Shown: positions 30,785-40,544 of the stretch, piece after piece
Layout of the letters: each line of letters begins with the position of its first letter
Numbering within the stretch: position 1 is the first letter of the stretch
NCBI GenBank assembly: GCA_035637535.1
Contig: DASPWZ010000005.1
Span: forward strand, 6,111 to 70,110
Length of the DNA stretch: 64,000 bases
Reading direction: 5' to 3'
From: Candidatus Dormiibacterota bacterium
GTDB lineage: Archaea; Thermoproteota; Bathyarchaeia; 40CM-2-53-6
The notes under the pieces: generated by a model
Database searches by the model: none
Told to the model about the DNA's origin: nothing
The model's input: the letters and a program-made list of their open reading frames with translations, nothing else
Translations under genes and position numbers: made by a program

Positions 30785-31939
30785 CTACGATTGGCTGAAA
30801 TCGTGCTTCCACATCTCTCGTGCGAGGGCACCATTTTTCTTGAATAGATGTACATGAGCCCTCACCTTCTCTCTCCGCTCTCGATGCTCCCTGAGAAACT
30901 GGGTGACTTTTTCGACCAGGATATCTTTCAGGTCTCCTGTTAGCATTCGTCCGCCCTTGTATTCTGACCGGATTTCTTCAATGCGTTTGTCGTCGGGTTC
31001 GAAGAACATGTAGAGCCACTGGAAGGGAACGTCAATGTTAGGGTTGCCGCCGAGTTTGCGGTGTTCTTCGATGGATGCTTGTCCTCCTGAGAAGGCGTGT
31101 CGATAGATCTTGTTCCGTACGGTCTTGTCGTCATCGTTGAGATAGATGGCGGTTTCGGGTTTGGACGAGCTCATCTTGTCCTGTATCCCAGTCAGGGGTG
31201 GGAGGAATTTGCTGTGGATAGCGGCTGCTTTGTGGTATCCGAGCGGTTCTGCGATGTCTCGTTGTATTCTCCAGTACGGGTCTTGGTCGATTGCTGAGGG
31301 TATGAGGCACCGCTTCTTCTCGAAGAGGCTGGGAAGGATCTGGATGGCGGGGTAGAAGCTCATGCCGATGTTGGTCTCGCCGGTGAAGCCGAAGACTGAC
31401 TTGGCTGTGCTGTAATTGACTCTCCGAGCGATCTTCAGGATCAAGGGGTAAGCGTGGCCGACGAACTCGGTGTCTTGAAAGATGAAGGTCTTGTCAGGGT
31501 CGAAGCCGACGGCTGCAACTTCGAGGATATTGTCCTGGGCCCATTTCTGGGTCTCTTCGTAGGTAAGATTCCGTTTCTCTTCAAGGAATTTTTCATCATC
31601 AGTCATCTGAACGTAGACATTGGCGTGAAACTTGTCCTGTAGCCATTTTGTGAAGTAGAAACTGAGGATATGGCCGATGTGCATCGGACCACTAGGGCCT
31701 CGACCGGTGTAGAGGAAGAATCCCTTGCTCTTGTCATAGTCGTCAAGAACATGGTTCAGATCTCGATGTGAGAAGAAGACTTGACGACGCACAAGGTATC
31801 CAGCGTCGCCTAGGATTCCTTCTAGTCGTTTTGCTAGAGGCCCTCCTATCGGTTGAGTTCCAAAGTCGCGGATAAGCCGTTCATAGTCGACTTCGCCAGT
31901 GACCTCCCATGGGGTCACTACGAATTTCCGGTCAACCAT
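30785..31939 (-). CDS. trpS: Tryptophan-tRNA ligase
   Basis: VTPWEV, YTGRGPS, HIGH, DQDPYWR, KMSSS; likely start ATG 31939. Confidence 0.97.
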   Translation of the reverse strand: MVDRKFVVTPWEVTGEVDYERLIRDFGTQPIGGPLAKRLEGILGDAGYLVRRQVFFSHRDLNHVLDDYDKSKGFFLYTGRGPSGPMHIGHILSFYFTKWLQDKFHANVYVQMTDDEKFLEEKRNLTYEETQKWAQDNILEVAAVGFDPDKTFIFQDTEFVGHAYPLILKIARRVNYSTAKSVFGFTGETNIGMSFYPAIQILPSLFEKKRCLIPSAIDQDPYWRIQRDIAEPLGYHKAAAIHSKFLPPLTGIQDKMSSSKPETAIYLNDDDKTVRNKIYRHAFSGGQASIEEHRKLGGNPNIDVPFQWLYMFFEPDDKRIEEIRSEYKGGRMLTGDLKDILVEKVTQFLREHRERREKVRAHVHLFKKNGALAREMWKHDFSQS

Positions 31940-32100
31940 TTCCACGCTTTTCCTCATTCCGGAGTGCTTCCTGTGGAAGTTCAGCAACAGCACGGCTCCA
32001 TCATGCGATTCGGACAAACCTTCGACGAATCAAAGGCTTGGCATTCCAAGGGCGAGTAGCCGCAATCAAAACGGCGAACCATCTTGTTCAGCACTCTTTC

Positions 32101-33786
32101 TCACATCCCAGATGAAGTTCTCTGAGCAGCATCGAGTTCGAAGGCGGCCGCTGGGAGACTCAGCCCCCAGGCTCGGAGAACCCGAGGGTTAATTTCTCCA
32201 ACTATTCCAATCTCGTTACTATTGGACACTATTGCGCCACACCTACCGGAGAGGAAGCTCGGATGCTCAGTCTCTTTGACTGTGAAACCAAGGTCAATGT
32301 TCTCCATTAAGGCGTCGAGTGCCGATCGAATCTCGGTGAAACCGGCCTCGGCATGAGTGGTCACGGCAGAAATCTTCCGGTCCTCTCTGACGGGTCGAGT
32401 CGCACTCTTTTCGCGGTTTATGCTTGCCGCTACTTCGAAGATCTTCTGGGGATAGTCTACGTGAGTGTTACGTGATAGAAACTCTAGAAGGCTAGGCAAC
32501 AGCCAATTTCTCATTACGGTGTGCGTCGTCATCTTGGGGTTCAAGAGTGTGACTAGTCCCTCAACGCTGGTCCGCATTTTTCCTGCAACTGTTTCTGCGG
32601 AGGTCAGAGCATATGTCAGGACTTCTTGGAACCCGAGCCCGATCATTATCTCCGCTAGCCTCTCCGTCTCGTTGGTCTCCTTCGACAACTCGCCAATCGT
32701 CGAGATTCTCGGCCATTCAGGCTTGAGGGAATTCATGTCCTGCGCAATGGCGATATCCTCAACCAAGTCTACTGAATGCATGATGTCGGTCCGGTAGCTG
32801 GGGATCTCCAAGTAAAGAACGTCGCCAGATCCTATCTGTGTCCGGTATCCAGCTTTCTCAGCAAGCCTGGACGCGTCTCTTGATGTTAGAGAAGTTCCGA
32901 GGAACTTGTTGACATAGGACCGGCTTAGCTTCTTCCGTGTGGGGCTGAGGTTTGGAGTCACAACCCTTCCTGGCGGACTGAACGAATAGCTTTCGACGCA
33001 ACTGTAGATTCTTCCTCCTCTCTCGGCGAGACTGGAAATGACTATCTTCAGAGTACTATGAACGGTCTCAGCATTGGTGCCCGTAACTTCGACAAGGATG
33101 TTTTTCGTGTTTGTTGTAATCCTGCCGACATCGTTGGAATTGATCACAGGTGGGAGAGAGAGGATCTTCTCTGTTCGATCAATCAGGACAGGCCATGATT
33201 GAAACTGGGAAATTATTTCTCCGTATTCTCTTCCCTTTGGGTGGGTTTCCACTATCTCTCGTAGAGTCTGTCTCTTCTCAGATCCTAAAGGAGCGAAGGT
33301 GATTATGTCCGGATTAGCTACAGTGTACAAGAGTGGGGATTGTATCAAGTCGGCTTGGTAGAATCCTATTGAAGCTCTCTTCCTCTTCCTCCCATACGTC
33401 TGGTCGAGCTTCTCCTGAAGATTGATCCAACTCTTCAACGCATCATCGGTCGGTTGCAGACCCTTTACGATTGCGGTGGAAATGAAAGGACGAATTGGCC
33501 TAACGCGCTTGTCGATGACAACTTTCAGATTCGACCTCCCCGCAACCCGGATCTGTCTTGTTCGACCGACCCCCAAATAGCCCCTCAAGGCTCTAGCGAT
33601 TCCTTCGACAGACCAAATATCTGGACGGTTGCTATCCTTGACCTCAATTGAAACAGCATCTCCCTCGAGAGATTCCACGTCGCCCTTGACTAATGCGAAG
33701 ATATCGTTGAGCCCCTCCTTGTCCCGGGTCACGGTCTTGCCTAGAAGTCCCTCGAGGTCGGTGAGTGAGAATTGTACGCTTGGCGT
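32101..33786 (-). CDS. pheT: Phenylalanine-tRNA ligase beta subunit
   Basis: NRPDIWSVEG, SLPPVINS, PSYRTDIMH.VDLVED; frame extends to 'ACG-PSVQFSLTDLEGLLG' 2 nt after the pheS stop. Confidence 0.95.
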   Translation of the reverse strand, partial: TPSVQFSLTDLEGLLGKTVTRDKEGLNDIFALVKGDVESLEGDAVSIEVKDSNRPDIWSVEGIARALRGYLGVGRTRQIRVAGRSNLKVVIDKRVRPIRPFISTAIVKGLQPTDDALKSWINLQEKLDQTYGRKRKRASIGFYQADLIQSPLLYTVANPDIITFAPLGSEKRQTLREIVETHPKGREYGEIISQFQSWPVLIDRTEKILSLPPVINSNDVGRITTNTKNILVEVTGTNAETVHSTLKIVISSLAERGGRIYSCVESYSFSPPGRVVTPNLSPTRKKLSRSYVNKFLGTSLTSRDASRLAEKAGYRTQIGSGDVLYLEIPSYRTDIMHSVDLVEDIAIAQDMNSLKPEWPRISTIGELSKETNETERLAEIMIGLGFQEVLTYALTSAETVAGKMRTSVEGLVTLLNPKMTTHTVMRNWLLPSLLEFLSRNTHVDYPQKIFEVAASINREKSATRPVREDRKISAVTTHAEAGFTEIRSALDALMENIDLGFTVKETEHPSFLSGRCGAIVSNSNEIGIVGEINPRVLRAWGLSLPAAAFELDAAQRTSSGM

Positions 33787-33788
33787 TT

Positions 33789-35318
33789 CTAGCCCACCGT
33801 CTGTTCTCTAATCCATTCTATGTCCGAGGTGAACAGTTGACGAATATCCTGGGTTCTCCGGTTCATCATGTACAACCGGTCTATCCCCAAACCCCATGCG
33901 AGAACGGGGACCTTCACACCTAGCGGCTCCGTCACTTCCGGTCGGAATATCCCACTCCCGCCAAATTCCATCCAGCCGAAGCCCTCTCGGTAGGCCTGTA
34001 ACTCGACGCTCGGCTCTGTGAACGGAAAATAGTCAGGCTTGAACCGTATTTTGTCCGCTCCCGCCACTTCTTTGGCGAACATTTCTAAGATGCCCAGAAG
34101 ATTTCTGAGGTTTAGACCGGGACCTAGAACGATGCCCTCGGCCTGGTTGAATTCAGTGAGGTGGGTCTTGTCGACCATGTCTGGGCGGAAGCATCTTGCC
34201 ATGGCAAAGTATTTTCCTGGGGTCTGAAGATCCTTCGATAGCATGGTTCGAACACTAAATGCTGTCCCATGGCTTCGGAGGATCAGCTTCGATGCTTCGT
34301 CTCTGGAAAATTTGTAGCGCCAACCAGTCGATCCGGTCTTCCAGCCGTTCTCGTGAGTTTGCGCCACTCTTTCCACCAAACTACCGTATTCTTCTAGGCT
34401 GGCTCTTGACGGGTCCTTCAGATAGTAGAGATCGTGAATCTCCCGCGCCGGATGATCCTGAGGCATGTAGAGACAGTCACAGTTGATGAACGCCGTCTCC
34501 ACTAGCGGCCCCGCGGCCTCTACGAATCCGAGCGCGACAAGCTTCCTCTTTACCATCCGCAAGAACCGCAAATAAGGATGGTACTTGCCAGGAAAGGTCT
34601 TCGGAACAGCAGATGAGACATTGTAGTTTCGAAGCTTGACCTTCTCCCACTCGCCAGAGACGATCATGTCAGTCGTGAGTGAGCTAACTTCTTGGTGAGC
34701 GCCGATATCTGTCGACGCTATTTGTCTTTGGCCAGTAATCTGAAGCCCACGGTCGTTCCTTACTTGTGCCTCGACCACGTTTCTCTTAACCAGACGTTGC
34801 GCGGCATCTCTCAATTCGGAGGGTAGGTACTCTAATACGGCACCTCCAGTTTTGATGTGAGCTAACGCGATTTCGTCCAGATCTTCAGGTGGCTCCGCGT
34901 CGACCACGATAACAACATCTGATCCAATCTTCTCGATCGTTGCTAAGTGCTTCCGACTGATCCACCCTGCTACGATCGAGGAGTAATTCTCATTCAGCCC
35001 AGCCTGACGAAGCGCTTCCATGAGCCTGAGTCGGCCACCATTCTTCCGGACGATCGAGACAACTCTACGCTCCGGGAGACCCTCGCTTGCAAAGGATCTT
35101 CCCTCTTCGGTAAGTTTCAACTCCGTCCTCTTCATCACGTGCTCTTGGACCAATCCCTTGTGAATCAGATCCAGAACAGCGCGAGCCACAGCTGAATCGG
35201 CGAGACCGGACTGCGTAACGATATCCTTGAAGTTAGCTGCTCCGTGAGAATTGGTAAGGGCCTTCAGAACACGATCCTCGTTCTGGCTAATCTCTACCAA
35301 GAAGGGCAATGTCTCCAA
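33789..35318 (-). CDS. pheS: Phenylalanine-tRNA ligase alpha subunit
   Basis: PQDHPARE, FRPD..DKTHLTEF, YFPFTEPS, AWGLGIDRL. Confidence 0.97.
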   Translation of the reverse strand: METLPFLVEISQNEDRVLKALTNSHGAANFKDIVTQSGLADSAVARAVLDLIHKGLVQEHVMKRTELKLTEEGRSFASEGLPERRVVSIVRKNGGRLRLMEALRQAGLNENYSSIVAGWISRKHLATIEKIGSDVVIVVDAEPPEDLDEIALAHIKTGGAVLEYLPSELRDAAQRLVKRNVVEAQVRNDRGLQITGQRQIASTDIGAHQEVSSLTTDMIVSGEWEKVKLRNYNVSSAVPKTFPGKYHPYLRFLRMVKRKLVALGFVEAAGPLVETAFINCDCLYMPQDHPAREIHDLYYLKDPSRASLEEYGSLVERVAQTHENGWKTGSTGWRYKFSRDEASKLILRSHGTAFSVRTMLSKDLQTPGKYFAMARCFRPDMVDKTHLTEFNQAEGIVLGPGLNLRNLLGILEMFAKEVAGADKIRFKPDYFPFTEPSVELQAYREGFGWMEFGGSGIFRPEVTEPLGVKVPVLAWGLGIDRLYMMNRRTQDIRQLFTSDIEWIREQTVG

Positions 35319-35462
35319 GCTTCAGTTTTGTCGGAGTGCCGATTCCGAGCTATATTTGATTTCAAAAATTCCGGTCAATCGCATTTCAAAACTCAACTTT
35401 CGTAAAGCCTACGTCCATCGGATCGTGTCGGATATGAAGAGAAACCTCTAGCCTCCAGACCC

Positions 35463-36395
35463 TCACAATGACTTCACTATTCGATTCACTGTCTCAAGTT
35501 TGAACATTGCACCTTCACCGCTCGGAAAGTATGGGTAGACTACTGGAAGCGTTACCCCCGCTTGCCTGAAAGCCTTCATATATTGAACTAGTTCGTCGCT
35601 CTCAGGATTGGCCAAGCTTACTCTCAGTAACTCTTTGGGCACGTCGACCGGACCACTCTTCCATTCTTCGTTCTCCTTGAATGTCGAAATCGCTTTCGCG
35701 GTCCCGTCTTGCACGAACATCTCGTGGTACTGAGGAGCAGAGTCGTAGTTCAGAAACTCCTGCAGCATCAGCCTCTGAGCTGATTCAGGACCTTGCGAGG
35801 AATAGAAGATCTTCAAATAGCATGCAAAGTCAATTCCCTCGACCCTCGCGACCCTGGCCGCCTCTACTAGTTTGGAAGCATGCTGGGGAGAACAGAAATT
35901 CAGGAGAAGACCATCGGCCTTGATGGCGGCGCGTTTGGCCATTCCCAGTTTGAGAGCCGCAACGTAGATTTGTGGAGGCTTGACTCCTTGAGGGAACCCT
36001 CCAAACGCTTTCTTGAGTTCATCCAGTCGTTGGAGGATTGCGCCTACAGTCCTGCCTGGCTGGGGGCCTGGGGACCCCGTTCCCACTCCTAGGATGAGGC
36101 GGTTGGAGGAGAGGGCTTGAAGTGTCTGGACCCTACGGGTCAGTAGCTGTGGGTCATGTTCCAGCAATCGTATGACCCCGCTTCCCGAGTGGACCCTTTT
36201 CGTCAGAGCGAGAATTGACGATGCAATTTCTAGGGATTCATAGCCGGTCCGTATGTCGGGAACGAAGATGCGTGAAACCCTGTCACTCAGCTCCAGTGCG
36301 ACGGCTGTCTCTTTGATTTCCTGAGCTGAGAATACTCCGGGTCTTAGGGCGAGCCCTATCCTTTCTAGTCTCACGATCGATTGAGGACGCCACAC
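35463..36395 (-). CDS. Luciferase-like (LLM) flavin/F420-dependent oxidoreductase, divergent
   Basis: 'LQALSSNRLILGVGTG', 'PQIYVAA...AAIKADGLLLN' LLM motifs. Confidence 0.8.
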   Translation of the reverse strand: MWRPQSIVRLERIGLALRPGVFSAQEIKETAVALELSDRVSRIFVPDIRTGYESLEIASSILALTKRVHSGSGVIRLLEHDPQLLTRRVQTLQALSSNRLILGVGTGSPGPQPGRTVGAILQRLDELKKAFGGFPQGVKPPQIYVAALKLGMAKRAAIKADGLLLNFCSPQHASKLVEAARVARVEGIDFACYLKIFYSSQGPESAQRLMLQEFLNYDSAPQYHEMFVQDGTAKAISTFKENEEWKSGPVDVPKELLRVSLANPESDELVQYMKAFRQAGVTLPVVYPYFPSGEGAMFKLETVNRIVKSL

Positions 36396-36530
36396 GAGAC
36401 AATAAACTGTTTTGGAAAGTCAAAGAGCTGTGCGCCTGGTCACGATATGTAACGTTGTGACCAGACTTGCCCTGGTTAGGTTGAATTTCACTATTATTCG
36501 AGTTGAGCGACTTCTAGCCTTGTAGAGCTG

Positions 36531-36965
36531 ATGAACAAGGATACGCTTGGTTCCTTGGCAGTCATTCTTGTAGGTGTGGCTGCGTTTGGGACCGTGCTCG
36601 CATTCTCTGAACAACCAACCGCCTGCCCATGCAACAGCTCTTCAGGTGCAATTTGCATACACAACCCCTGCCCCAAAGAGACGTTGACCGTTCAATCCTA
36701 TTGGATCAACACGCCAACCAACCTTACTCTGAACATACTTAACGCAGGTGCCTCCCCGAAAGCGCTCATAGCATACTACGTCAAAGACTCCAACGGCGCG
36801 CAGTGTGCCAATGGCAATTGGTCAGGACCGACTCTCCCTCCAGCCATAGCCATCTCCGTCAACATACTCATAGACGGACGAGCCTTCACATTCCAGACAG
36901 GGATGTCATACACTGTGACAATTGTAGAATCAACCTATGATCAGTTCACGTTCACGATAACCTAG
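36531..36965 (+). CDS. Secreted/membrane-anchored protein with Cys-rich linker and pilin/Ig-like domain
   Basis: N-terminal TM, CPC..C...C, 'LTLNILNAG...YYV...GMSYTVTIV'. Confidence 0.65.
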   Translation: MNKDTLGSLAVILVGVAAFGTVLAFSEQPTACPCNSSSGAICIHNPCPKETLTVQSYWINTPTNLTLNILNAGASPKALIAYYVKDSNGAQCANGNWSGPTLPPAIAISVNILIDGRAFTFQTGMSYTVTIVESTYDQFTFTIT

Positions 36966-37033
36966 CGTAAGCGAGTATATAGAATTCTACACTTGGATTT
37001 CCCTCGCTCACCCGCTCCTCTTGTAACCGCGAT

Positions 37034-37246
37034 TTGCCCTCGTTGAGCCTTCAAGGTCTAAGTTCCAGCGGTCATAGATTTGATTATGTCGAGGGCTGTC
37101 TCACGCGGCTACCCACAAAGAAGGCAGGTCTCGAGATTCAGGCAAAGGCCTGCGATAAATGCGGACAGCTCGTACTTACCTACCCGCAAACCATGAGCTG
37201 CATAGTCTGCGGTGGACCACTGAAACTCGTCAAGGGCGTGCATTAA
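37034..37246 (+). CDS. Small Zn-ribbon protein
   Basis: CDKC...CIVCGG; start uncertain. Confidence 0.55.
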   Translation: MPSLSLQGLSSSGHRFDYVEGCLTRLPTKKAGLEIQAKACDKCGQLVLTYPQTMSCIVCGGPLKLVKGVH

Positions 37247-37338
37247 GCCAAGCCGTAACAAGTGATCTTGGTCGCATCTTCGGTCCCAGCCCACCGATCC
37301 TTCAATCTAGTTAGTGAAGAACGGGAACGCTAGAGTCC

Positions 37339-38229
37339 TCAGTGTCGTAGGGCTGCTTGGATTGAGACGGTCAGCTGTCCATCAGTCTCAATGGCGTCCA
37401 GCAGGTGAGTGTAGGCTGGAATCGGGTTGTGGCTTCTGTGCAGATACGAGAAGTGAATTCCGTCTACTTCGGAACGAAGGGCTGTGTAGGCATCAGCTGC
37501 AATCACGATCCCTCCTCCAAACGGGTTCCGGGAGAGGGTCTGTCTGACCTTTTCGGGAACTGGGATGCCGAACTTTCGACTAACGAAGAGCAGGTTCTTG
37601 AGTCCTGACGGGATGGATACTTGTACAAAGATTGGCGTCTTGAGGCCCTGGGAGCGAAGCCCGTCCACGTGGTCTAACACAAGGTCATCGTCGAACGCCG
37701 TATTCGTGACAACATAGTCCGCTCCAGCATCTACCTTGCGGAGGGTCCTAGAAGTCTCTCGATCCTGATCCTCGGCATATTGATTGGTTACAGCGCCGAT
37801 GCAAGGCCACTGACCGTCAAAGACTGACATCACGGCTCGAATCAGGTCTTCTGTTCTTCTGAAATCATAATCTTCGATCCGGTGTCCTGGATAGGGATCC
37901 CCAAAGACGATTAGAAAATTATCAAGACCCTTCTTGAACAGTGAAGGAAGTAGGGCTAGGTCTGATCGGCGAAAATCTCTGCATGTCAACGAGGGAACAG
38001 CCTCAGCACCCGTCTTTCTGACTATGACTGCGGAAGCGAGACTCCTTGTCTGGGGCGTGACTCTGAATCGTGCGGGATAGCTGGGATCATCTTCGCCATT
38101 CCTCAAAGCGGGAATGGTGATCGCGTCAACGCGGCCCTGCAATATGGGCAGGTGGGCCGGTATGACGCGGTTCGGGATTAGCTCAACCGTCACAATGCGG
38201 TGACTATTCGCTGCATCCGAGAGTCTCAC
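37339..38229 (-). CDS. metF: Methylenetetrahydrofolate reductase-like protein (divergent)
   Basis: VELIP, LTCRD, FGDP, KVDAGADYVVT, FGIPVP, DGIHF; overlaps the stop of the methionine synthase gene. Confidence 0.8.
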   Translation of the reverse strand: MRLSDAANSHRIVTVELIPNRVIPAHLPILQGRVDAITIPALRNGEDDPSYPARFRVTPQTRSLASAVIVRKTGAEAVPSLTCRDFRRSDLALLPSLFKKGLDNFLIVFGDPYPGHRIEDYDFRRTEDLIRAVMSVFDGQWPCIGAVTNQYAEDQDRETSRTLRKVDAGADYVVTNTAFDDDLVLDHVDGLRSQGLKTPIFVQVSIPSGLKNLLFVSRKFGIPVPEKVRQTLSRNPFGGGIVIAADAYTALRSEVDGIHFSYLHRSHNPIPAYTHLLDAIETDGQLTVSIQAALRH

Positions 38230-39431
38230 TGGGTCGCCTCCCTGGCGAGCTCTGCGCCCTTAACAGTGCTGATGAGTTTCGCGAGAGTCACATCCCAGGT
38301 CCTGGTTCTCAATCCGCAGTCTGGGTTAGCCCAGATCTTCGCGGGGTCGCCTACGACCTTTGCTGCGTAGAGTAGTCGGTCGCGTACGAGCTCGGGCGAT
38401 TCTAGGATGTTCCGTCCAGCTTCTTTTCCTGAGCCGGGTGGGACGTGTCCGGAAAAGTCGTGCACGTGGACTACTCCGATGCCAAACTCGCCTTCGTAAC
38501 CGTTCTCGATGAAGTACTCCAGGTCCTGGTATCCTTCCCGATGTTTAGCGTCAACCCCTAGACTTGTACCGTCTCTGTTGGCGAATTCTAGTGCGAGGTG
38601 GGTGCACTTGTCGAGTTTTGGAGCGTATTGTGCGAGTACTTTGTATCCTATCTCGGAGGGATAGCATGTGTGGTCGCTGAACTTGCAGTTGAATCCTCGA
38701 ACTGTCTCATTCCAGCCCTCGACAAACAGGTTCATGTCCGCGGGCTCAGGGTGAGTCGTGATGGCTGGCTCATCGATCTGGATCCACTCAGCTCCAGCAT
38801 CGACTAGGTCGCGGATCTCTGGCCGTATCACTTGTTCGACGAAGTCGAGTAGGAATTCTCTCTTCGCCTCCTGCTTCTGCTTCTTGAGACTCAGGCTAGT
38901 TCGTCCGCCGGAGTAGTGACCGCTGAAGGACCAGTCGACTAGTGTGTAGGGTCCGGTGATCGGGACCTTCAGCTGTCCCTTCGCGTTCTTTTTGACGTCG
39001 AGGAATTCTTGGAGATAGATCGGATGCTTACGGTGAATCTTGGACTCGGCGACAGCCTTGTTGAAGTACTTGTAATCGAACGACTGGACATGACCGAGGA
39101 CTCTCATTCCCTCGACGCCCCGGATCACATGTTCGTACATCTCGACGCGTTGTTGTTCTCCTCCAACGCCGACATTGTCGAGACCAGTCTGCTCGAAAAG
39201 TCTCAATCCATAGATTGTGGAGAGCTCTAGCAGCTCTCTAACTCGATCATTCTGCTCCTGCACGGCCAGAAGTTGTTTGGCGCGGTCTTGAAAGTCTGGA
39301 ATACCTAATCGCTGCGCCCATTCCTCAGCCTCCACTAAGTCCTTGCTCGAGAGTGGCTGGGTCAGGCCCTTCGTTCGCCATCGTGGCTTCGCTAAGCTTC
39401 CGATCTCTTGAACAGGATACAACTTCGACAT
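38226..39431 (-). CDS. metE: Cobalamin-independent methionine synthase, catalytic half
   Basis: EIGSLAKP, GEQQR, KVPITGPYT, QIDEPA, Zn ligands HTC...E...NPDCGLRT. Confidence 0.92.
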   Translation of the reverse strand: MSKLYPVQEIGSLAKPRWRTKGLTQPLSSKDLVEAEEWAQRLGIPDFQDRAKQLLAVQEQNDRVRELLELSTIYGLRLFEQTGLDNVGVGGEQQRVEMYEHVIRGVEGMRVLGHVQSFDYKYFNKAVAESKIHRKHPIYLQEFLDVKKNAKGQLKVPITGPYTLVDWSFSGHYSGGRTSLSLKKQKQEAKREFLLDFVEQVIRPEIRDLVDAGAEWIQIDEPAITTHPEPADMNLFVEGWNETVRGFNCKFSDHTCYPSEIGYKVLAQYAPKLDKCTHLALEFANRDGTSLGVDAKHREGYQDLEYFIENGYEGEFGIGVVHVHDFSGHVPPGSGKEAGRNILESPELVRDRLLYAAKVVGDPAKIWANPDCGLRTRTWDVTLAKLISTVKGAELAREATQ

Positions 39432-40409
39432 CTACAGCGCCTCCTCAAACAGCCTAGTGGCATCGGCGAGCGCTCGCGCTTTGAGGTCGGCTACTCTTCG
39501 CGGTACGAACTTGAGGTCGGAGTTTGGAACGAGGACGACATCTCCGCCGACGATGTGTTTGGATACACGTGTCGTGGTTTCAGCGATCCACTCCGGATTC
39601 TCCGCGTTTGACTCGCGTCCATCTATGATGCCCAGGGCGAGCTTCTTCGTCGTCTCGATCCTCAATTTGGAATAGTCTGTCTCGAACAGGTCAATTCCTA
39701 TTGTGTCGACGGGGAGTTTCAGAAGATCTGGCAGGATGGTCGTTGCGTCGCCGAAGTATGTGTGGACCGAGAACTTTGCTTGGATGCTGTCTACTGTCTT
39801 CCTAAGGGCGGCCAATGCGTTGTCGAGTTCATTTCTACCCAGTGCCTGTTCCCTGTAGGGTCGATAGACGAGGCAGGGCTCTGACAACTGGAATCGCGAA
39901 ACACCTGCATCTCTCAATCGCTTGATTATTTCATGTTCAGCCGCAGCGACTTCCGAAAGAAGCTCGGATTGAGTTGTGTAGTGTAGGTTCTCTGATAGTT
40001 CCGAGAAGGTGTAGGGTCCGGGGAGGGTTACTTTCCAGCCCTTGGTCCTTGGTAAAAGGTCGGTGCGTATGAAATTCTTGGGTTCGAATGCGTGGACTCC
40101 TATTTTTCCTGCGATGGTTGGTTTCTTGTAAAATGTGTTGGTGTCGAACCATCGATCGTACCGCGTTCCAGTTGTAACGCCGTCTAGTGACTCGACGATG
40201 GGTCTTAGCTGGTCCTGCCAGGCGAAGGCTCCGTCTGAGAATATTTCGAAGCCTGAGTCGTCCTGTAGCTTTACTAGCTCCAGCGTGTCTTGTTCGATCT
40301 GTTTCTCTACCGTACCGAGATCAGTTTTTGCTCTGTCGTATGATCGTGTTAGTTCTATGAGCTGTTCCGAGCGGGAATAGATTCCGCCGAGCTGAGCTTT
40401 AGGTGACAT
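39432..40409 (-). CDS. Split MetE N-terminal (folate-binding) half
   Basis: DGAFAWQD, RWFDTNTFYKKP, LPGPYTF, LSEP, DGR; no Zn ligands; start ATG 40409. Confidence 0.88.
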   Translation of the reverse strand: MSPKAQLGGIYSRSEQLIELTRSYDRAKTDLGTVEKQIEQDTLELVKLQDDSGFEIFSDGAFAWQDQLRPIVESLDGVTTGTRYDRWFDTNTFYKKPTIAGKIGVHAFEPKNFIRTDLLPRTKGWKVTLPGPYTFSELSENLHYTTQSELLSEVAAAEHEIIKRLRDAGVSRFQLSEPCLVYRPYREQALGRNELDNALAALRKTVDSIQAKFSVHTYFGDATTILPDLLKLPVDTIGIDLFETDYSKLRIETTKKLALGIIDGRESNAENPEWIAETTTRVSKHIVGGDVVLVPNSDLKFVPRRVADLKARALADATRLFEEAL

Positions 40410-40464
40410 GACTTCTTCTCGAAGCTTTCGATTATTCCAATTATATAAGTTCTGTTGTACCAAT

Positions 40465-40514
40465 ATTCCGATGGGAATTACATATTCGTTCAGGATTCTA
40501 TTCCGAAGGGAATA
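40465..40514. promoter_or_regulatory. Tandem palindromic operators ATTCC-N4-GGAAT
   Basis: ATTCCGATGGGAAT 40465-40478 and TATTCCGAAGGGAATA 40499-40514, between the divergent met operon (TATA TTATATAA 40441-40448) and the HTH-CBS gene. Confidence 0.7.
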
Positions 40515-40544
40515 TCTCATAGTCATTGGATAGTCTAGAGTATC

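Noticed and set aside
40410-40526. N-terminal extension of the MetE N-half
   Set aside because: Spans the TATA box and operators; ATG 40409 fits better
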